Sequence record: MW822007.1
Strand: one strand, 5' to 3'
DNA length: 64,000 nt
DNA from: Escherichia phage BF15
Of this stretch, positions 28,386 to 39,263 are shown piece after piece. Position 1 is the first letter of the stretch; each line of letters starts with the position of its first letter. The notes under the pieces were generated by a model that saw nothing but the letters and a program-made list of their open reading frames with translations, did no database searches and was not told the origin of the DNA. The position numbers were made by a program, and so were the translations under genes.

Positions 28386-28721
28386 TTATTCTTCGTCTAG
28401 CTCATCGATAAAGACGTCAATGGCCTCGATAACGGCATCATTGATAGCCAATAAAGTAAAATCATCGTCAGTGTCTTTAGAAGATTCTAAAGCATTGATA
28501 TATGCTTTGTTAGCAAGTTCCCAAGCCTTTTTAAAATAAGGAGCTTCATCATCAGGGCCAACGAAACGTACACCTTCAAAGATACGGTTAGCATAATCCA
28601 ATACCCACTGTACAGGCATGCTTTGAGAACGTTCGTTAAACTCTTTAAATTCCTTAGATTCAAAAAGCTCTTCGGGATAATAATTTCGATTACAAAAAGC
28701 TTTACTAAAGTTACGTTTCAT
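28386..28721 (-). CDS. hypothetical acidic protein
   Basis: 111 aa, acidic C-terminus. Confidence 0.45.
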   Translation of the reverse strand: MKRNFSKAFCNRNYYPEELFESKEFKEFNERSQSMPVQWVLDYANRIFEGVRFVGPDDEAPYFKKAWELANKAYINALESSKDTDDDFTLLAINDAVIEAIDVFIDELDEE

Positions 28722-28776
28722 AATGTTCTCCTCAAATTATGGGCTCATAATATCTCAATCATGAGCCCATGTAAAC

Positions 28777-29052
28777 TTATTTCATATTATTGAAATATTC
28801 TTCTGCGATTTCGTCGTTATCGTGGTAAACTTTAGAAGACAGTTTAACATAACCTTCAGCAGTGAACATGTTAATCACAACCTTTACAGTATACCACTGA
28901 CCATCTTCATTACCCATTACTGCGTAAGTTTCAAACATCGGATGGTCAGGACCGATAACTTTAATATCATTCACCGTACGACCGAAATCTTCTGAAACAC
29001 ATTTCAGAAAGAAGTTGAACAGTTCGCCGTAATTATCCATTTCGTTCTCCAA
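28777..29052 (-). CDS. hypothetical protein
   Basis: 91 aa; early promoter immediately upstream. Confidence 0.45.
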   Translation of the reverse strand: MENEMDNYGELFNFFLKCVSEDFGRTVNDIKVIGPDHPMFETYAVMGNEDGQWYTVKVVINMFTAEGYVKLSSKVYHDNDEIAEEYFNNMK

Positions 29053-29082
29053 GTTGTTTTCTGTATCAGTAGTTGATATTGA

Positions 29083-29113
29083 TATAGTACCATGGAAGAA
29101 CAGGGATGTAAAC
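29083..29113 (-). promoter_or_regulatory. early promoter (GTTTAC, 15 nt, TGGTACTAT)
   Basis: A/T-rich upstream element. Confidence 0.5.
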
Positions 29114-29243
29114 CATTTTGTGAAAAAATTTTTTTAAAAGTTTTAGGGAATTCTAGGGCAGGGAGGGGCAATTAAAGGATAGGATAATATATTATAAAGG
29201 GTAGAAACTAAATGATGCCTAGAGAGGTCCAAAAAGGCCTAGA

Positions 29244-29275
29244 TACTAAAAAGCCCCAACCTTTCGGCTGGGGCT
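29244..29275 (-). terminator. rho-independent terminator at the end of the tRNA/stable-RNA transcription unit
   Basis: GCCCCAGCC-GAAA-GGTTGGGGC then TTTTTAG on minus strand. Confidence 0.5.
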
Positions 29276-29289
29276 AAGCCTTGCGGCAA

Positions 29290-29585
29290 CCTTGTCGGGG
29301 TTCCACCTGCTAAGGCAAGTGTTTGTACGAAACGCCGGGATTCGAACCCGGTTATTGAGCAGTTGACGCTACTCAATATTTTTAAAAGGCCATATCTCGA
29401 CCATATCCGAACGTTCCGTCAAAAACGCTACTCGGCTTATGGCAAAGATATTTCCTCGAATCGATAATTCGGTGCGCCGTTTCTGCTGTGATATAAGGGG
29501 GCATTAACAAAACATAAAGATTTATTAATGCCAGTCCTTAAACAGGGAACATCAGTCCGACGACTTGCCGGTAGCGACCCGGCTT
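29290..29585 (-). ncRNA. probable stable small RNA region (T4 species 1/2-like), tRNA-like elements
   Basis: no ORF; T-arm-like CCGGGTTCGAATCCCGG and 9-bp stem-loop; sits where T4 has rnaC/rnaD. Confidence 0.3.
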
Positions 29586-29591
29586 CTTGTT

Positions 29592-29668
<77 letters not shown>

Positions 29669-29671
29669 TAA

Positions 29672-30337
29672 TTAAAATTTCATTTTTCGACCTTTAAACC
29701 ATCCTTCTGGAATTGGATCAGTTTTCTTAATACGTTTAGAAACTTTTTCATCTAATGAATGAATCCACATCATACCAAATTGGGAATTCTTTTCACCTTG
29801 TTGGTGTTTATTTCTGGCGTGAGATTCTTTCATTTTATTAATAGTTTCAGGAGTATGAGTCTTACCCAAGAAAGATTTAGTATTTAAAAATTTCTCTCTA
29901 TACTTAGGATTATCCCAAAGCTGTTTAAACCTTTCTGAACCCATTTTACGATATTTTTCTTTAAGGTCTGGGTCGTTCTCAAATCTGGTTTTAAAAGCGG
30001 CAGCTCCTTTTAAGGAAGCTTCTTTCTTTTTATCCAAATATTCTTTAGTGTTTAAATGGTCCCAACCACCTTCACCACCTAATTTCAAATTATAAACATC
30101 AGGGCGCTTTAAAAACTCTTCAGTCACAATATTCTTTTCTGACTCAAACATAGAGGTTTTATCGTCAAAGAACTCTAATATTTCTTTAGAAAAATTTTCT
30201 ATACCATACTTATCTTGGGCTCTTTTTAATAATTTACCAGAACCCATATATCCATCATCTAAATTTTCGGTAGAATGAGCGCCTATATAGATTTTATTAT
30301 TAATTTTATTTGTTATTTTATAAATGTAATGGAACAT
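29672..30337 (-). CDS. segB: GIY-YIG homing endonuclease (SegB-like) inside the tRNA cluster
   Basis: YIYKITNKINNKIYIGAHS GIY-YIG motif; GGEGG; same position as T4 segB. Confidence 0.75.
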   Translation of the reverse strand: MFHYIYKITNKINNKIYIGAHSTENLDDGYMGSGKLLKRAQDKYGIENFSKEILEFFDDKTSMFESEKNIVTEEFLKRPDVYNLKLGGEGGWDHLNTKEYLDKKKEASLKGAAAFKTRFENDPDLKEKYRKMGSERFKQLWDNPKYREKFLNTKSFLGKTHTPETINKMKESHARNKHQQGEKNSQFGMMWIHSLDEKVSKRIKKTDPIPEGWFKGRKMKF

Positions 30338-30378
30338 AAATATCTCCTATTTCTAAGAGTATTTATGTTCTCAAAATA

Positions 30379-30450
30379 TGGCCCTGGGTGGAATTGAACC
30401 ACCATCTGGCGATTATGAGTCGCTTGCTTGAACCTTCCAGCTACAGGGCC
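30379..30450 (-). tRNA. trnI: tRNA-Ile (anticodon CAT, lysidine-type)
   Basis: acceptor GGCCCTG/CAGGGCC; anticodon loop CTCATAA; T-arm GGTGGTTCAATTCCACC. Confidence 0.7.
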
Positions 30451-30456
30451 TTGATA

Positions 30457-30529
30457 TGCTGATTGACGGAATCGAACCGCCGACGTCCTCATTACAAGTG
30501 AGTTGCTCTACCTACTGAGCTAAATCAGC
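30457..30529 (-). tRNA. trnT: tRNA-Thr (anticodon TGT)
   Basis: GCTGATTTAGCTCAGTAGG...; anticodon loop CTTGTAA; GGTTCGATTCC. Confidence 0.8.
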
Positions 30530-30536
30530 GAAATTA

Positions 30537-30623
30537 CGGAGGCGATAGGATTTGAACCTATGAGTCGCCGGAGCGACTGCCGGTTTTCAAGACCGGTGCA
30601 TTAAACCACTCTGCCACGCCTCC
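30537..30623 (-). tRNA. trnS: tRNA-Ser (anticodon TGA), long variable arm
   Basis: GGAGGCGTGGCAGAGTGG...; anticodon loop CTTGAAA; 87 nt. Confidence 0.8.
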
Positions 30624-30625
30624 AG

Positions 30626-30699
30626 TCTCCATACAAGGATTTGAACCTTGGACCTCCTGATCCCAAATCAGGCGCTCTACCAAACTGAGCTACACGGAG
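30626..30699 (-). tRNA. trnP: tRNA-Pro (anticodon TGG)
   Basis: TAGCTCAGTTTGGTAGAGC D-arm; anticodon loop TTTGGGA; GGTTCAAATCC. Confidence 0.8.
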
Positions 30700-30711
30700 T
30701 AAATTAAATTT

Positions 30712-30783
<72 letters not shown>

Positions 30784-30789
30784 AAACTT

Positions 30790-30876
30790 TGGTACGAGAA
30801 GTGGGACTCGAACCCACAAGGAAATCATTCCGCAGCATTTTAAGTGCTGTGCCTTTACCAATTTGACCATTCTCGC
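30790..30876 (-). tRNA. trnL: tRNA-Leu (anticodon TAA), CCA encoded
   Basis: GCGAGAATGGTCAAATTGGTAAAGG...; anticodon loop CTTAAAA; GGTTCGAGTCC; 87 nt. Confidence 0.8.
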
Positions 30877-30877
30877 G

Positions 30878-30950
30878 CTGGGAATAAAGGACTCGAACCT
30901 TTGCATCCTGGAATCAAAATCCAGTGCCTTACCAACTTGGCTAATTCCCA
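30878..30950 (-). tRNA. trnQ: tRNA-Gln (anticodon TTG)
   Basis: TGGGAATTAGCCAAGTTGG...; anticodon loop TTTTGAT; 1-nt spacer to tRNA-Leu (dimeric precursor). Confidence 0.8.
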
Positions 30951-31047
30951 ATTATTAACAAAGGCTCTCAAACAAGAACCCTTGATGATAGAGGGTATTA
31001 ATCAGTGCGGTATGAGTTAATAATAACAAATAATTCTTAAAGCATAT

Positions 31048-31335
31048 TTACCATTTATGATGATACATATTTACGATGCATTCAAGATCCAAAGGATTCT
31101 TGAAAATATCATATTCAAGAGGACCTTTTTCTGTTTCAATAAAGAAATCAAAATTTACTGTGTTAAATTTACGGTCTTCCTTCGCTAATTTAACTTGAGA
31201 AGATGAACGGTCAATGTAAACTTTTTCAACTTCAAAACATGTTAAAATGCCATAATCATTAATCAAGGCTTTAGCCGCATCTTGATCATATTTATATCCA
31301 TTTTCAACGGACGATACTTTAGCATAAAGAATCAT
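31048..31335 (-). CDS. hypothetical protein
   Basis: 95 aa ORF. Confidence 0.45.
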   Translation of the reverse strand: MILYAKVSSVENGYKYDQDAAKALINDYGILTCFEVEKVYIDRSSSQVKLAKEDRKFNTVNFDFFIETEKGPLEYDIFKNPLDLECIVNMYHHKW

Positions 31336-31337
31336 TA

Positions 31338-31721
31338 TCAGCCTTCATCAACAATAGTATGAGTATGGGCATTTACAATTTGCCACCAGTCAAAACGATT
31401 AGAACCATACATCGGTTTATTTTCATTTTCTTTGATAATATCACGAAGTTCATCTTCAGTAGCGGCTTTCGCGATTAAATCAGAATATCCACCACGAGGA
31501 TAATAATTATCACCCGCAAAAAGTAAAAAGTTCGGTTTAATATTATTGAACTCTTCAAGAGTAATAACTGTTCCTGATGGTAGTTGAACAATCTCTACAT
31601 ATTTATATCCTAATTTTTGAGCAGCATCTACTGCTTCAAGCAAAGTATCATGAGCCCATCCTATTTGACAATTCGGCTTTTTAGATGGATTAGCCTGATA
31701 ATCTGCGTACACTTTATACAT
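31338..31721 (-). CDS. hypothetical protein
   Basis: start trimmed to MYKVYADYQ. Confidence 0.45.
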   Translation of the reverse strand: MYKVYADYQANPSKKPNCQIGWAHDTLLEAVDAAQKLGYKYVEIVQLPSGTVITLEEFNNIKPNFLLFAGDNYYPRGGYSDLIAKAATEDELRDIIKENENKPMYGSNRFDWWQIVNAHTHTIVDEG

Positions 31722-31722
31722 T

Positions 31723-31908
31723 CTATTCACCTTTAGAAATTTTATCCATAACGATAGCAATTAAACCAATTAAAAATGCTACTACAAGTGAAAAAACATT
31801 TTCTGCTGTAGTCAATAATCCGCATATAAATCCAACAAACATTGAAAAACTAAAAGCGGAAGCAGAAATTGCAATAGCAACATTTCGAATTAATTCACAA
31901 CGTTTCAT
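31723..31908 (-). CDS. small membrane protein
   Basis: 61 aa, two hydrophobic helices. Confidence 0.45.
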   Translation of the reverse strand: MKRCELIRNVAIAISASAFSFSMFVGFICGLLTTAENVFSLVVAFLIGLIAIVMDKISKGE

Positions 31909-31937
31909 TTTATTCTCCTCAGTAGTTGATAGGGTAA

Positions 31938-31966
31938 TAGTATCACTACCCTATCTAAAAGTAAAC
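31938..31966 (-). promoter_or_regulatory. early promoter (GTTTAC, 14 nt, TGATACTAT)
   Basis: consensus match. Confidence 0.45.
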
Positions 31967-31978
31967 TGTTTTTATAAA

Positions 31979-32287
31979 CTATTTTATTCCGCGTGATGCA
32001 ATTGTATTCTGTCGTTTAGCACCAGTTTGTTTAAAGTCATGATTGTCGATTTGATCGGTACGAGCAACTCCGAATGATGATTTAATCTTAGCTTTAGATC
32101 CTTTAGTTATAGAAATAAACATCTCGGAAGACCCTTTCTTAAAGTCCGATGCGGATACTTCAACGCCGTTCTTAGCAAGTGACCTCAGAATTGCCTCCGC
32201 GTACTCATCATCAAGACTCGCTTGAGTATTAATAACGAATGTCTTTGGTGCAGCCGCTTCATTGATAAATTCTTTGAAAGTTTTCAT
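31979..32287 (-). CDS. internal-protein-like gene (ipI locus) with capsid targeting sequence
   Basis: MKTFKEFINE-A leader; 102 aa basic body. Confidence 0.6.
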   Translation of the reverse strand: MKTFKEFINEAAAPKTFVINTQASLDDEYAEAILRSLAKNGVEVSASDFKKGSSEMFISITKGSKAKIKSSFGVARTDQIDNHDFKQTGAKRQNTIASRGIK

Positions 32288-32347
32288 TTTATTTTCCTAA
32301 TTAATTTTGATGAGATAATAGTACAACAACCCTATTTAAAAGTAAAC

Positions 32348-32620
32348 TCATTTTAAATAAATTGCGTATTTTTTATAACCCGCTGACTCATGACGAAGAC
32401 CCTTATCATTAGCAAAACGCTCAATGTTGTTAATTTGATTCTGGTCAAGTTCAGAGATGTCAAACACGAAAAAGTTACGTTTGTTACCAACTGTTACATA
32501 GTCAGTTAAATCAATATCATATAGGTAATTGATGTCAGCAATCAAAGTCTTGACAGCTTTGCTAATTTTTACTTTTTCGTTAAAAGCAGCTTCATTGATA
32601 AATTCTTTAAATGTTTTCAT
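32348..32620 (-). CDS. internal-protein-like gene (ipI locus) with capsid targeting sequence
   Basis: ATG with GGAG SD gives the MKTFKEFINE-A leader; the track ORF starts at an upstream TTG. Confidence 0.6.
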   Translation of the reverse strand: MKTFKEFINEAAFNEKVKISKAVKTLIADINYLYDIDLTDYVTVGNKRNFFVFDISELDQNQINNIERFANDKGLRHESAGYKKYAIYLK

Positions 32621-32656
32621 TTTATTCTCCAATCACTCATTTGTTTTGATAGGGTA

Positions 32657-32686
32657 ATAGTATCATAACTAAAACCCCATGTAAAC
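32657..32686 (-). promoter_or_regulatory. early promoter (GTTTAC, 15 nt, TGATACTAT)
   Basis: consensus match. Confidence 0.45.
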
Positions 32687-32698
32687 AGCTTTGTGAAA

Positions 32699-33395
<697 letters not shown>

Positions 33396-33396
<1 letters not shown>

Positions 33397-34121
33397 TATA
33401 GTACCTTTAGTGTATTTTTAATTTTAGAAAAAAGTTCTTCAAGAGAACCATCGTTTGTAATTACTAAATCACCATCACGAATTGGCAATCCAGCTTCTGT
33501 AATATGTGTATCATTGGATTTTTGACCAGGACGAACTACATGAATTACTGTAGCACCCATCGCCCTAGCCGCATCCATTTCATGATCTTGACGAGTATCA
33601 GGAACGATATAATAATCATAACCTGAGTTAAATTTATCAAGATAATCTAAAGCAAATAATTTTACCCAATACATGCGGTCGAAGTTATTAACAATCAAAT
33701 CCGTACCTAGGGCTTGCATCAGACGACGGACTGACCATTGGTCTTCAATATTATTTATAACGTCAATAATCTTGTTACATGCTACGGAATCAACTGATTC
33801 TTGTCCTTCGTCCTCAAAAACACACACACCCTTAATTGGGCTTTTACCGTTAAGATAGCAAAATGCTTGTTCCATAATCGTGATTACTTCTGATTTAGTC
33901 AGATTTAAATTAGTCTCACGATCATAGTCAATTCCTTCAAACTCTTTGCGAGTTAAGCAAGGATAGTCAGTGTTTGCTGCAAATACACCCCATGCATAAG
34001 CCAATGCATCTTTAATAGGACCAGCAAGTTGATATTTAACTGCAGAATAATTATTCATGATAAAATCTGCAGTAGTATCTTTTCCACTACGCTTTACACC
34101 ACTTAAAAAGATTAGTTTCAT
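33396..34121 (-). CDS. 1: deoxynucleoside monophosphate kinase
   Basis: 241 aa; P-loop GVKRSGKDT. Confidence 0.85.
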
Positions 34122-34170
34122 ATGTTTCTCCTCAAATTTAGTTAAGATTATAACACATGAAACTGAAGCA

Positions 34171-34701
34171 TTAAACTTCTGCTATAATTTTACCATCTTT
34201 TTCTACTTGAAAATACGTATAAGGAATCGTTGCTGTACATACTAAAGCTGGGTCTGAATCTTCCGTGTAGCTAAATTCTACTTCAGACAGGTCAGAAACC
34301 CAAGGCTTATAAAAATTTATTGACATCACGATTTCAGTTTTACTGTTATCTAAAATGTAAAGCGTAATGTACTCAGGACCTGTTTTTTGGGCAGTATTTT
34401 CACCTGTAAGATAGTTGCTAGTTCCTAGCATCCATTCATACATTCCTATCCACGACTTAAGTTCTTCATCAACTATAAATCTCACAATGAGTGGGTCGTA
34501 CTCAAATGTAACTCCTGGACGCTGTGCTCGGCCTAGTCCAAACGGCCCAGTCACGGTATCAGTAACAGGTATCCTAATTCCCGGAATAGGAACTGACTGA
34601 GCATTTAAAGTAAAAGCAGATGTAGTATTACTATGTGGTATTGATACTACAAAGTTAGTTGTATTTGCTTGGTTAAAAATTTGTTGTAGTGCTTGCGACA
34701 T
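34171..34701 (-). CDS. 3: tail completion / sheath stabiliser gp3
   Basis: start trimmed to MSQALQQIF giving 176 aa as in T4. Confidence 0.75.
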   Translation of the reverse strand: MSQALQQIFNQANTTNFVVSIPHSNTTSAFTLNAQSVPIPGIRIPVTDTVTGPFGLGRAQRPGVTFEYDPLIVRFIVDEELKSWIGMYEWMLGTSNYLTGENTAQKTGPEYITLYILDNSKTEIVMSINFYKPWVSDLSEVEFSYTEDSDPALVCTATIPYTYFQVEKDGKIIAEV

Positions 34702-34807
34702 ATATTCCTCATAATGCTTTATAAATGTTGGTGGTATAATGGGTCTAAGTCCCTTCCATTCAATTCCAATTAGAACAAACAATAGAAAAGAATGGAAGAT
34801 AATAGAA

Positions 34808-35632
34808 TTAAATATTTGACCAGACTTTGTTTGCAGAGAAACGTTTTCCTTTTGAAACGAACTGCTGAAGTGGCATTAACACAACGTTCGCCCAGTCTTT
34901 CGGGGCGATTTCAACAAGACTACCCATGATATTACCAGGTATATATGCCTTAATCATTTGGTCTGCACCCCTAAATCCTTTCACTTGACTCCAATCAATT
35001 TTTAATTTCGTTTTATTAGTAATAGTAGGTGTATTTGAATATTGCTTTAAAAGCTCTTCTAGAAATTGCTGACGAGCTTTAGGTGGAATATAGTGCAAGT
35101 TCAATCCGTACATTAAATTATGTTTACCTAAACCGAGGTAAATTATCAAAGGAAATTTATCCCAATAAGGAAGAGTTTCCTTGTGTTTAGCATCATAAGC
35201 AAAAGCATATATTCGTCCCGGCTGCGGGCGAACAACTTTATGTCCTTTTACCTGCTTAATAGTTTCAGCAAACCACTTTCTGGTTTTATTATTAATTGCT
35301 GCGCCTTCATTACGAATTTTATCACGCAACGTTTGCCTAAATGAATTTATCATAAGCAGTTGTCTTTCTTGCTTATTGAGTTTATTCATTGGTTTTGATT
35401 CAAGCTTTTGAATCTTTTCAGCCGTTTTAATTCCTGAAGCATATTTTGACATTGCCGAAGTAAACGTAGAATATTTAATTCCTCTTTCTTCAGCAAATTG
35501 CTTTCCTGTCATTCCTTTTGCTTTGGCCTTTTTGTATTCAAGACCTATCTGAATCCATTTCTTTTCGTTTAATGATTGCTTAACCTTTGGAACTTGGGGA
35601 GTGCTTTCATTAATTATTTGAAAAATAGCCAT
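34808..35632 (-). CDS. 2: DNA end-protector protein gp2
   Basis: 274 aa; synteny 3-2-4. Confidence 0.8.
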   Translation of the reverse strand: MAIFQIINESTPQVPKVKQSLNEKKWIQIGLEYKKAKAKGMTGKQFAEERGIKYSTFTSAMSKYASGIKTAEKIQKLESKPMNKLNKQERQLLMINSFRQTLRDKIRNEGAAINNKTRKWFAETIKQVKGHKVVRPQPGRIYAFAYDAKHKETLPYWDKFPLIIYLGLGKHNLMYGLNLHYIPPKARQQFLEELLKQYSNTPTITNKTKLKIDWSQVKGFRGADQMIKAYIPGNIMGSLVEIAPKDWANVVLMPLQQFVSKGKRFSANKVWSNI

Positions 35633-36084
35633 TATGCCCCCTTAAAGCCAAGAGCTCGTAATCCATCTTCTGTTAGAATTCTAAATTTTATTCCACGCTT
35701 TTCAGCTAAAGATTGTGCTGCTTTCCATTTGTCAGTATTAACGGAATATGTATAAATTTCATTCATAAATCTTTTCTTCGCTGCGGTTGTTAGATGTGCT
35801 GGTTTAACTGGTGGTTGTGTTTCTTTTTTAGGTTTTATTTCAATAAAAAATTCTTGTCCAGAAGAATCTTTCATCCAAATATCCATGAAGTATCTACGTT
35901 TTTTCCCTTCTGCATTACAAAAATAAGGAATTACTGCTGTTTCACTACCCCATGCAATAATTTCTGGATTTTTATCTAACCATTCAAAAAAGAATTTTTC
36001 CCAATTTGATCTATACGTAATTTTTTTAGGGTCACCTCTATATTTTGATATATTTTTAGGAACCCATTTTCCAGAATATGCCAT
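35632..36084 (-). CDS. 4: head completion protein gp4
   Basis: 150 aa; [21 protein letters not shown]. Confidence 0.8.
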   Translation of the reverse strand: MAYSGKWVPKNISKYRGDPKKITYRSNWEKFFFEWLDKNPEIIAWGSETAVIPYFCNAEGKKRRYFMDIWMKDSSGQEFFIEIKPKKETQPPVKPAHLTTAAKKRFMNEIYTYSVNTDKWKAAQSLAEKRGIKFRILTEDGLRALGFKGA

Positions 36085-36095
36085 TGGATTCTCCT

Positions 36096-36118
36096 TATAA
36101 ATAGATAATATATTTATA
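36096..36118. promoter_or_regulatory. divergent late promoters (TATAAATA on each strand) for genes 53 and 4
   Basis: plus TATAAATA 36096-36103; minus TATAAATA at 36111-36118; SDs AGGAGG and AAGGAG. Confidence 0.6.
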
Positions 36119-36131
36119 AACAGGAGGGCCC

Positions 36132-36722
36132 ATGCTCTTTACATTTTTTGATCCGATTGAATATGCGGCCAAAACGGTGAATAAAAACGCGCCGACTATT
36201 CCTATGACAGATATTTTTAGAAACTATAAAGACTATTTCAAACGCGCTCTTGCGGGATACCGCTTACGTACTTATTATATTAAAGGTTCACCACGCCCGG
36301 AAGAGTTAGCAAATGCTATATATGGAAATCCGCAGTTGTATTGGGTTTTATTGATGTGTAATGATAATTATGATCCGTATTATGGATGGATTACTTCACA
36401 AGAAGCTGCTTATCAAGCATCTATACAAAAATACAAAAACGTAGGTGGAGACCAAATAGTATATCACGTGAATGAGAATGGTGAAAAATTTTATAATTTA
36501 ATATCATACGATGATAATCCGTATGTTTGGTATGACAAAGGCGATAAAGCTAGAAAATATCCTCAATATGAAGGAGCACTGGCTGCGGTCGATACGTATG
36601 AAGCTGCTGTTCTTGAAAATGAAAAACTTCGTCAAATAAAAATAATAGCAAAATCAGACATCAATTCATTTATGAACGACCTTATACGTATAATGGAGAA
36701 ATCTTATGGAAATGATAAGTAA
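36132..36722 (+). CDS. 53: baseplate wedge protein gp53
   Basis: 196 aa; synteny before gene 5. Confidence 0.85.
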   Translation: MLFTFFDPIEYAAKTVNKNAPTIPMTDIFRNYKDYFKRALAGYRLRTYYIKGSPRPEELANAIYGNPQLYWVLLMCNDNYDPYYGWITSQEAAYQASIQKYKNVGGDQIVYHVNENGEKFYNLISYDDNPYVWYDKGDKARKYPQYEGALAAVDTYEAAVLENEKLRQIKIIAKSDINSFMNDLIRIMEKSYGNDK

Positions 36723-38433
36723 TAACCTCAACTGGTTTGTTGGTGTTGTTGAAGATAGAATGGACCCATTAAAATTAGGTCGTGTTCGTGTTCGTGTGGT
36801 TGGTCTGCATCCACCTCAAAGAGCGCAAGGCGACGTAATGGGTATTCCAACCGATAAATTGCCATGGATGTCAGTTATTCAACCTATAACTTCTGCAGCA
36901 ATGTCTGGAATTGGAGGTTCCGTTACTGGACCAGTAGAAGGAACTAGAGTTTATGGTCATTTTTTAGACAAATGGAAAACTAACGGAATTGTCCTTGGTA
37001 CTTATGGCGGAATAGTTCGCGAAAAACCTAATAGACTTGAAGGATTTTCTGACCCAACTGGACAGTATCCTAGACGTCTAGGAAATGATACTAACGTATT
37101 AAACCAAGGCGGAGAAGTAGGATATGATTCGTCTTCTAACATTATCCAAGATAGCAATCTAGACACTGCAATAAATCCCGATGATAGACCGCTATCAGAG
37201 ATTCCAACTGATGATAATCCAAATATGTCAATGGCTGAAATGCTTCGCCGTGATGAAGGATTAAGACTAAAAGTTTATTGGGATACTGAAGGATATCCGA
37301 CAATTGGCATTGGCCATCTTATCATGAAGCAGCCAGTTCGTGATATGGCCCAAATTAATAAAGTTTTATCAAAACAAGTTGGTCGTGAAATTACCGGAAA
37401 TCCAGGTTCTATTACAATGGAAGAAGCGGTAACTTTATTTGAACGTGATTTAGCTGATATGCAACGTGACATTAAATCACATTCTAAAGTTGGCCCAGTT
37501 TGGAAAGCAGTTAATCGTTCTCGTCAAATGGCATTAGAAAATATGGCATTTCAGATGGGTGTTGGCGGTGTAGCTAAATTTAACACAATGTTAACTGCTA
37601 TGTTAGCCGGAGATTGGGAAAAAGCATATAAAGCCGGTCGTGATTCATTGTGGTATCAACAAACAAAAGGCCGTGCATCCCGTGTTACCATGATTATTCT
37701 TACAGGCAATTTGGAATCATACGGTATTGAAGTGAAAACGCCAGCTAGGTCTTTGTCTGCAATGGCTGCTACTGTAGCAAAGTCTTCTGACCCGGCTGAC
37801 CCTCCTATTCCGAATGATTCGAGAATTTTATTCAAAGAACCTGTTTCTTCATATAAAGGTGAGTATCCGTATGTTCACACAATGGAAACTGAAAGCGGTC
37901 ATATTCAGGAATTTGATGATACCCCTGGGCAAGAGCGATACAGATTAGTTCATCCGACTGGAACGTATGAGGAAGTATCACCATCAGGAAGAAGAACAAG
38001 AAAAACTGTTGATAATTTGTATGATATAACAAATGCTGATGGTAATTTTTTGGTAGCCGGCGATAAAAAGACTAACGTCGGTGGATCAGAAATTTATTAC
38101 AACATGGATAATCGTCTTCACCAAATAGATGGAAGCAACACAATATTTGTGCGTGGCGATGAAACCAAGACAGTTGAAGGTAATGGAACTATCCTAGTAA
38201 AAGGTAATGTTACTATTGTAGTTGAAGGTAATGCTGACATTACAGTTAAAGGAGATGCTACCACTTTAGTTGAAGGAAATCAGACTAATACAGTAAATGG
38301 AAATCTTTCTTGGAAAGTTGCTGGGACAGTTGATTGGGACGTTGGTGGTGATTGGACAGAAAAAATGGCATCTATGAGTTCTATTTCATCTGGTCAATAC
38401 ACAATTGATGGATCGAGGATTGACATTGGCTAA
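36706..38433 (+). CDS. 5: baseplate hub and tail lysozyme gp5
   Basis: 575 aa; OB-fold N-terminus, lysozyme core homologous to e (MAEMLRRDEGLRLKVYWDTEGYPTIGIGH), C-terminal VxGxxxV beta-helix repeats. Confidence 0.92.
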   Translation: MEMISNNLNWFVGVVEDRMDPLKLGRVRVRVVGLHPPQRAQGDVMGIPTDKLPWMSVIQPITSAAMSGIGGSVTGPVEGTRVYGHFLDKWKTNGIVLGTYGGIVREKPNRLEGFSDPTGQYPRRLGNDTNVLNQGGEVGYDSSSNIIQDSNLDTAINPDDRPLSEIPTDDNPNMSMAEMLRRDEGLRLKVYWDTEGYPTIGIGHLIMKQPVRDMAQINKVLSKQVGREITGNPGSITMEEAVTLFERDLADMQRDIKSHSKVGPVWKAVNRSRQMALENMAFQMGVGGVAKFNTMLTAMLAGDWEKAYKAGRDSLWYQQTKGRASRVTMIILTGNLESYGIEVKTPARSLSAMAATVAKSSDPADPPIPNDSRILFKEPVSSYKGEYPYVHTMETESGHIQEFDDTPGQERYRLVHPTGTYEEVSPSGRRTRKTVDNLYDITNADGNFLVAGDKKTNVGGSEIYYNMDNRLHQIDGSNTIFVRGDETKTVEGNGTILVKGNVTIVVEGNADITVKGDATTLVEGNQTNTVNGNLSWKVAGTVDWDVGGDWTEKMASMSSISSGQYTIDGSRIDIG

Positions 38434-38962
38434 TATACTTCCAATGAGCGCTGATTTAGGAGAATCCATGGAAGGTTCTTCTATCGACGTCACCTTTACC
38501 GCTCAATTAGAAACGGGTGAAACGTTAGTATCTATAAATATAACTAGTTACGAAGAAACTCCTGGGGTTTTAGTAGAAGAAAATCGTTTATATGGAACGT
38601 ATGAATCTGTATTTGGATTTGGAAATGACGCATTGAAATATCGTTTAGATAATGAATTTAAAACTGCTGCTTCATGGGAAGACCTTCCAACTGATTCTAA
38701 TACTCAGTTATATCTATGGAAAGCTCCTCAAAACCTCCAGAAGACATTCACTTACGAAGTAACATTAATATATGACTACCAAGAACAAAGTGAATCTGGA
38801 GGTTCTGGCAGTAATTCTAGGTCATCTTCTGATACTACTGAATCAACGGATCCTCCTGCTCCAATAAGAAAAACTCTTGTTAAAAATTACACAAAAACTA
38901 TAGTTGGAAATTGGAGCCGTTGGGCTAATAAATTGAGAAGCTACGTATATGAGAGGCAATAA
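38405..38962 (+). CDS. 5.1: baseplate-associated protein gp5.1
   Basis: synteny; start uncertain. Confidence 0.6.
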
Positions 38963-39255
38963 TGTCAGGATTAAGTTATGATAAGTGTGTTACTGCTGGC
39001 CATGAAGCATGGCCTCCAACAGTTGTGAATGCTACACAAAGTAAAGTATTCACTGGAGGAATTGCTGTTCTCGTAGCAGGTGATCCAATTACAGAACATA
39101 CAGAAATTAAAAAGCCATATGAAACACATGGCGGAGTGACACAACCTAGAACTTCTAAGGTATATGTCACTGGAAAGAAAGCTGTTCAAATGGCTGATCC
39201 AATATCATGCGGTGATACTGTGGCTCAGGCATCATCTAAAGTATTCATTAAATAG
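38962..39255 (+). CDS. 5.4: PAAR-repeat spike tip protein gp5.4
   Basis: 97 aa; ATGA overlap with 5.1. Confidence 0.8.
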
Positions 39256-39263
39256 GATTCAAA

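Noticed and set aside
29325-29410. Canonical tRNA inferred from a GGTTCGAATCC-type T-arm
   Set aside because: There is no 7-bp acceptor stem and the central stem is 9 bp with a 6-nt loop, so it does not fold as a cloverleaf; kept only as a low-confidence stable-RNA region.
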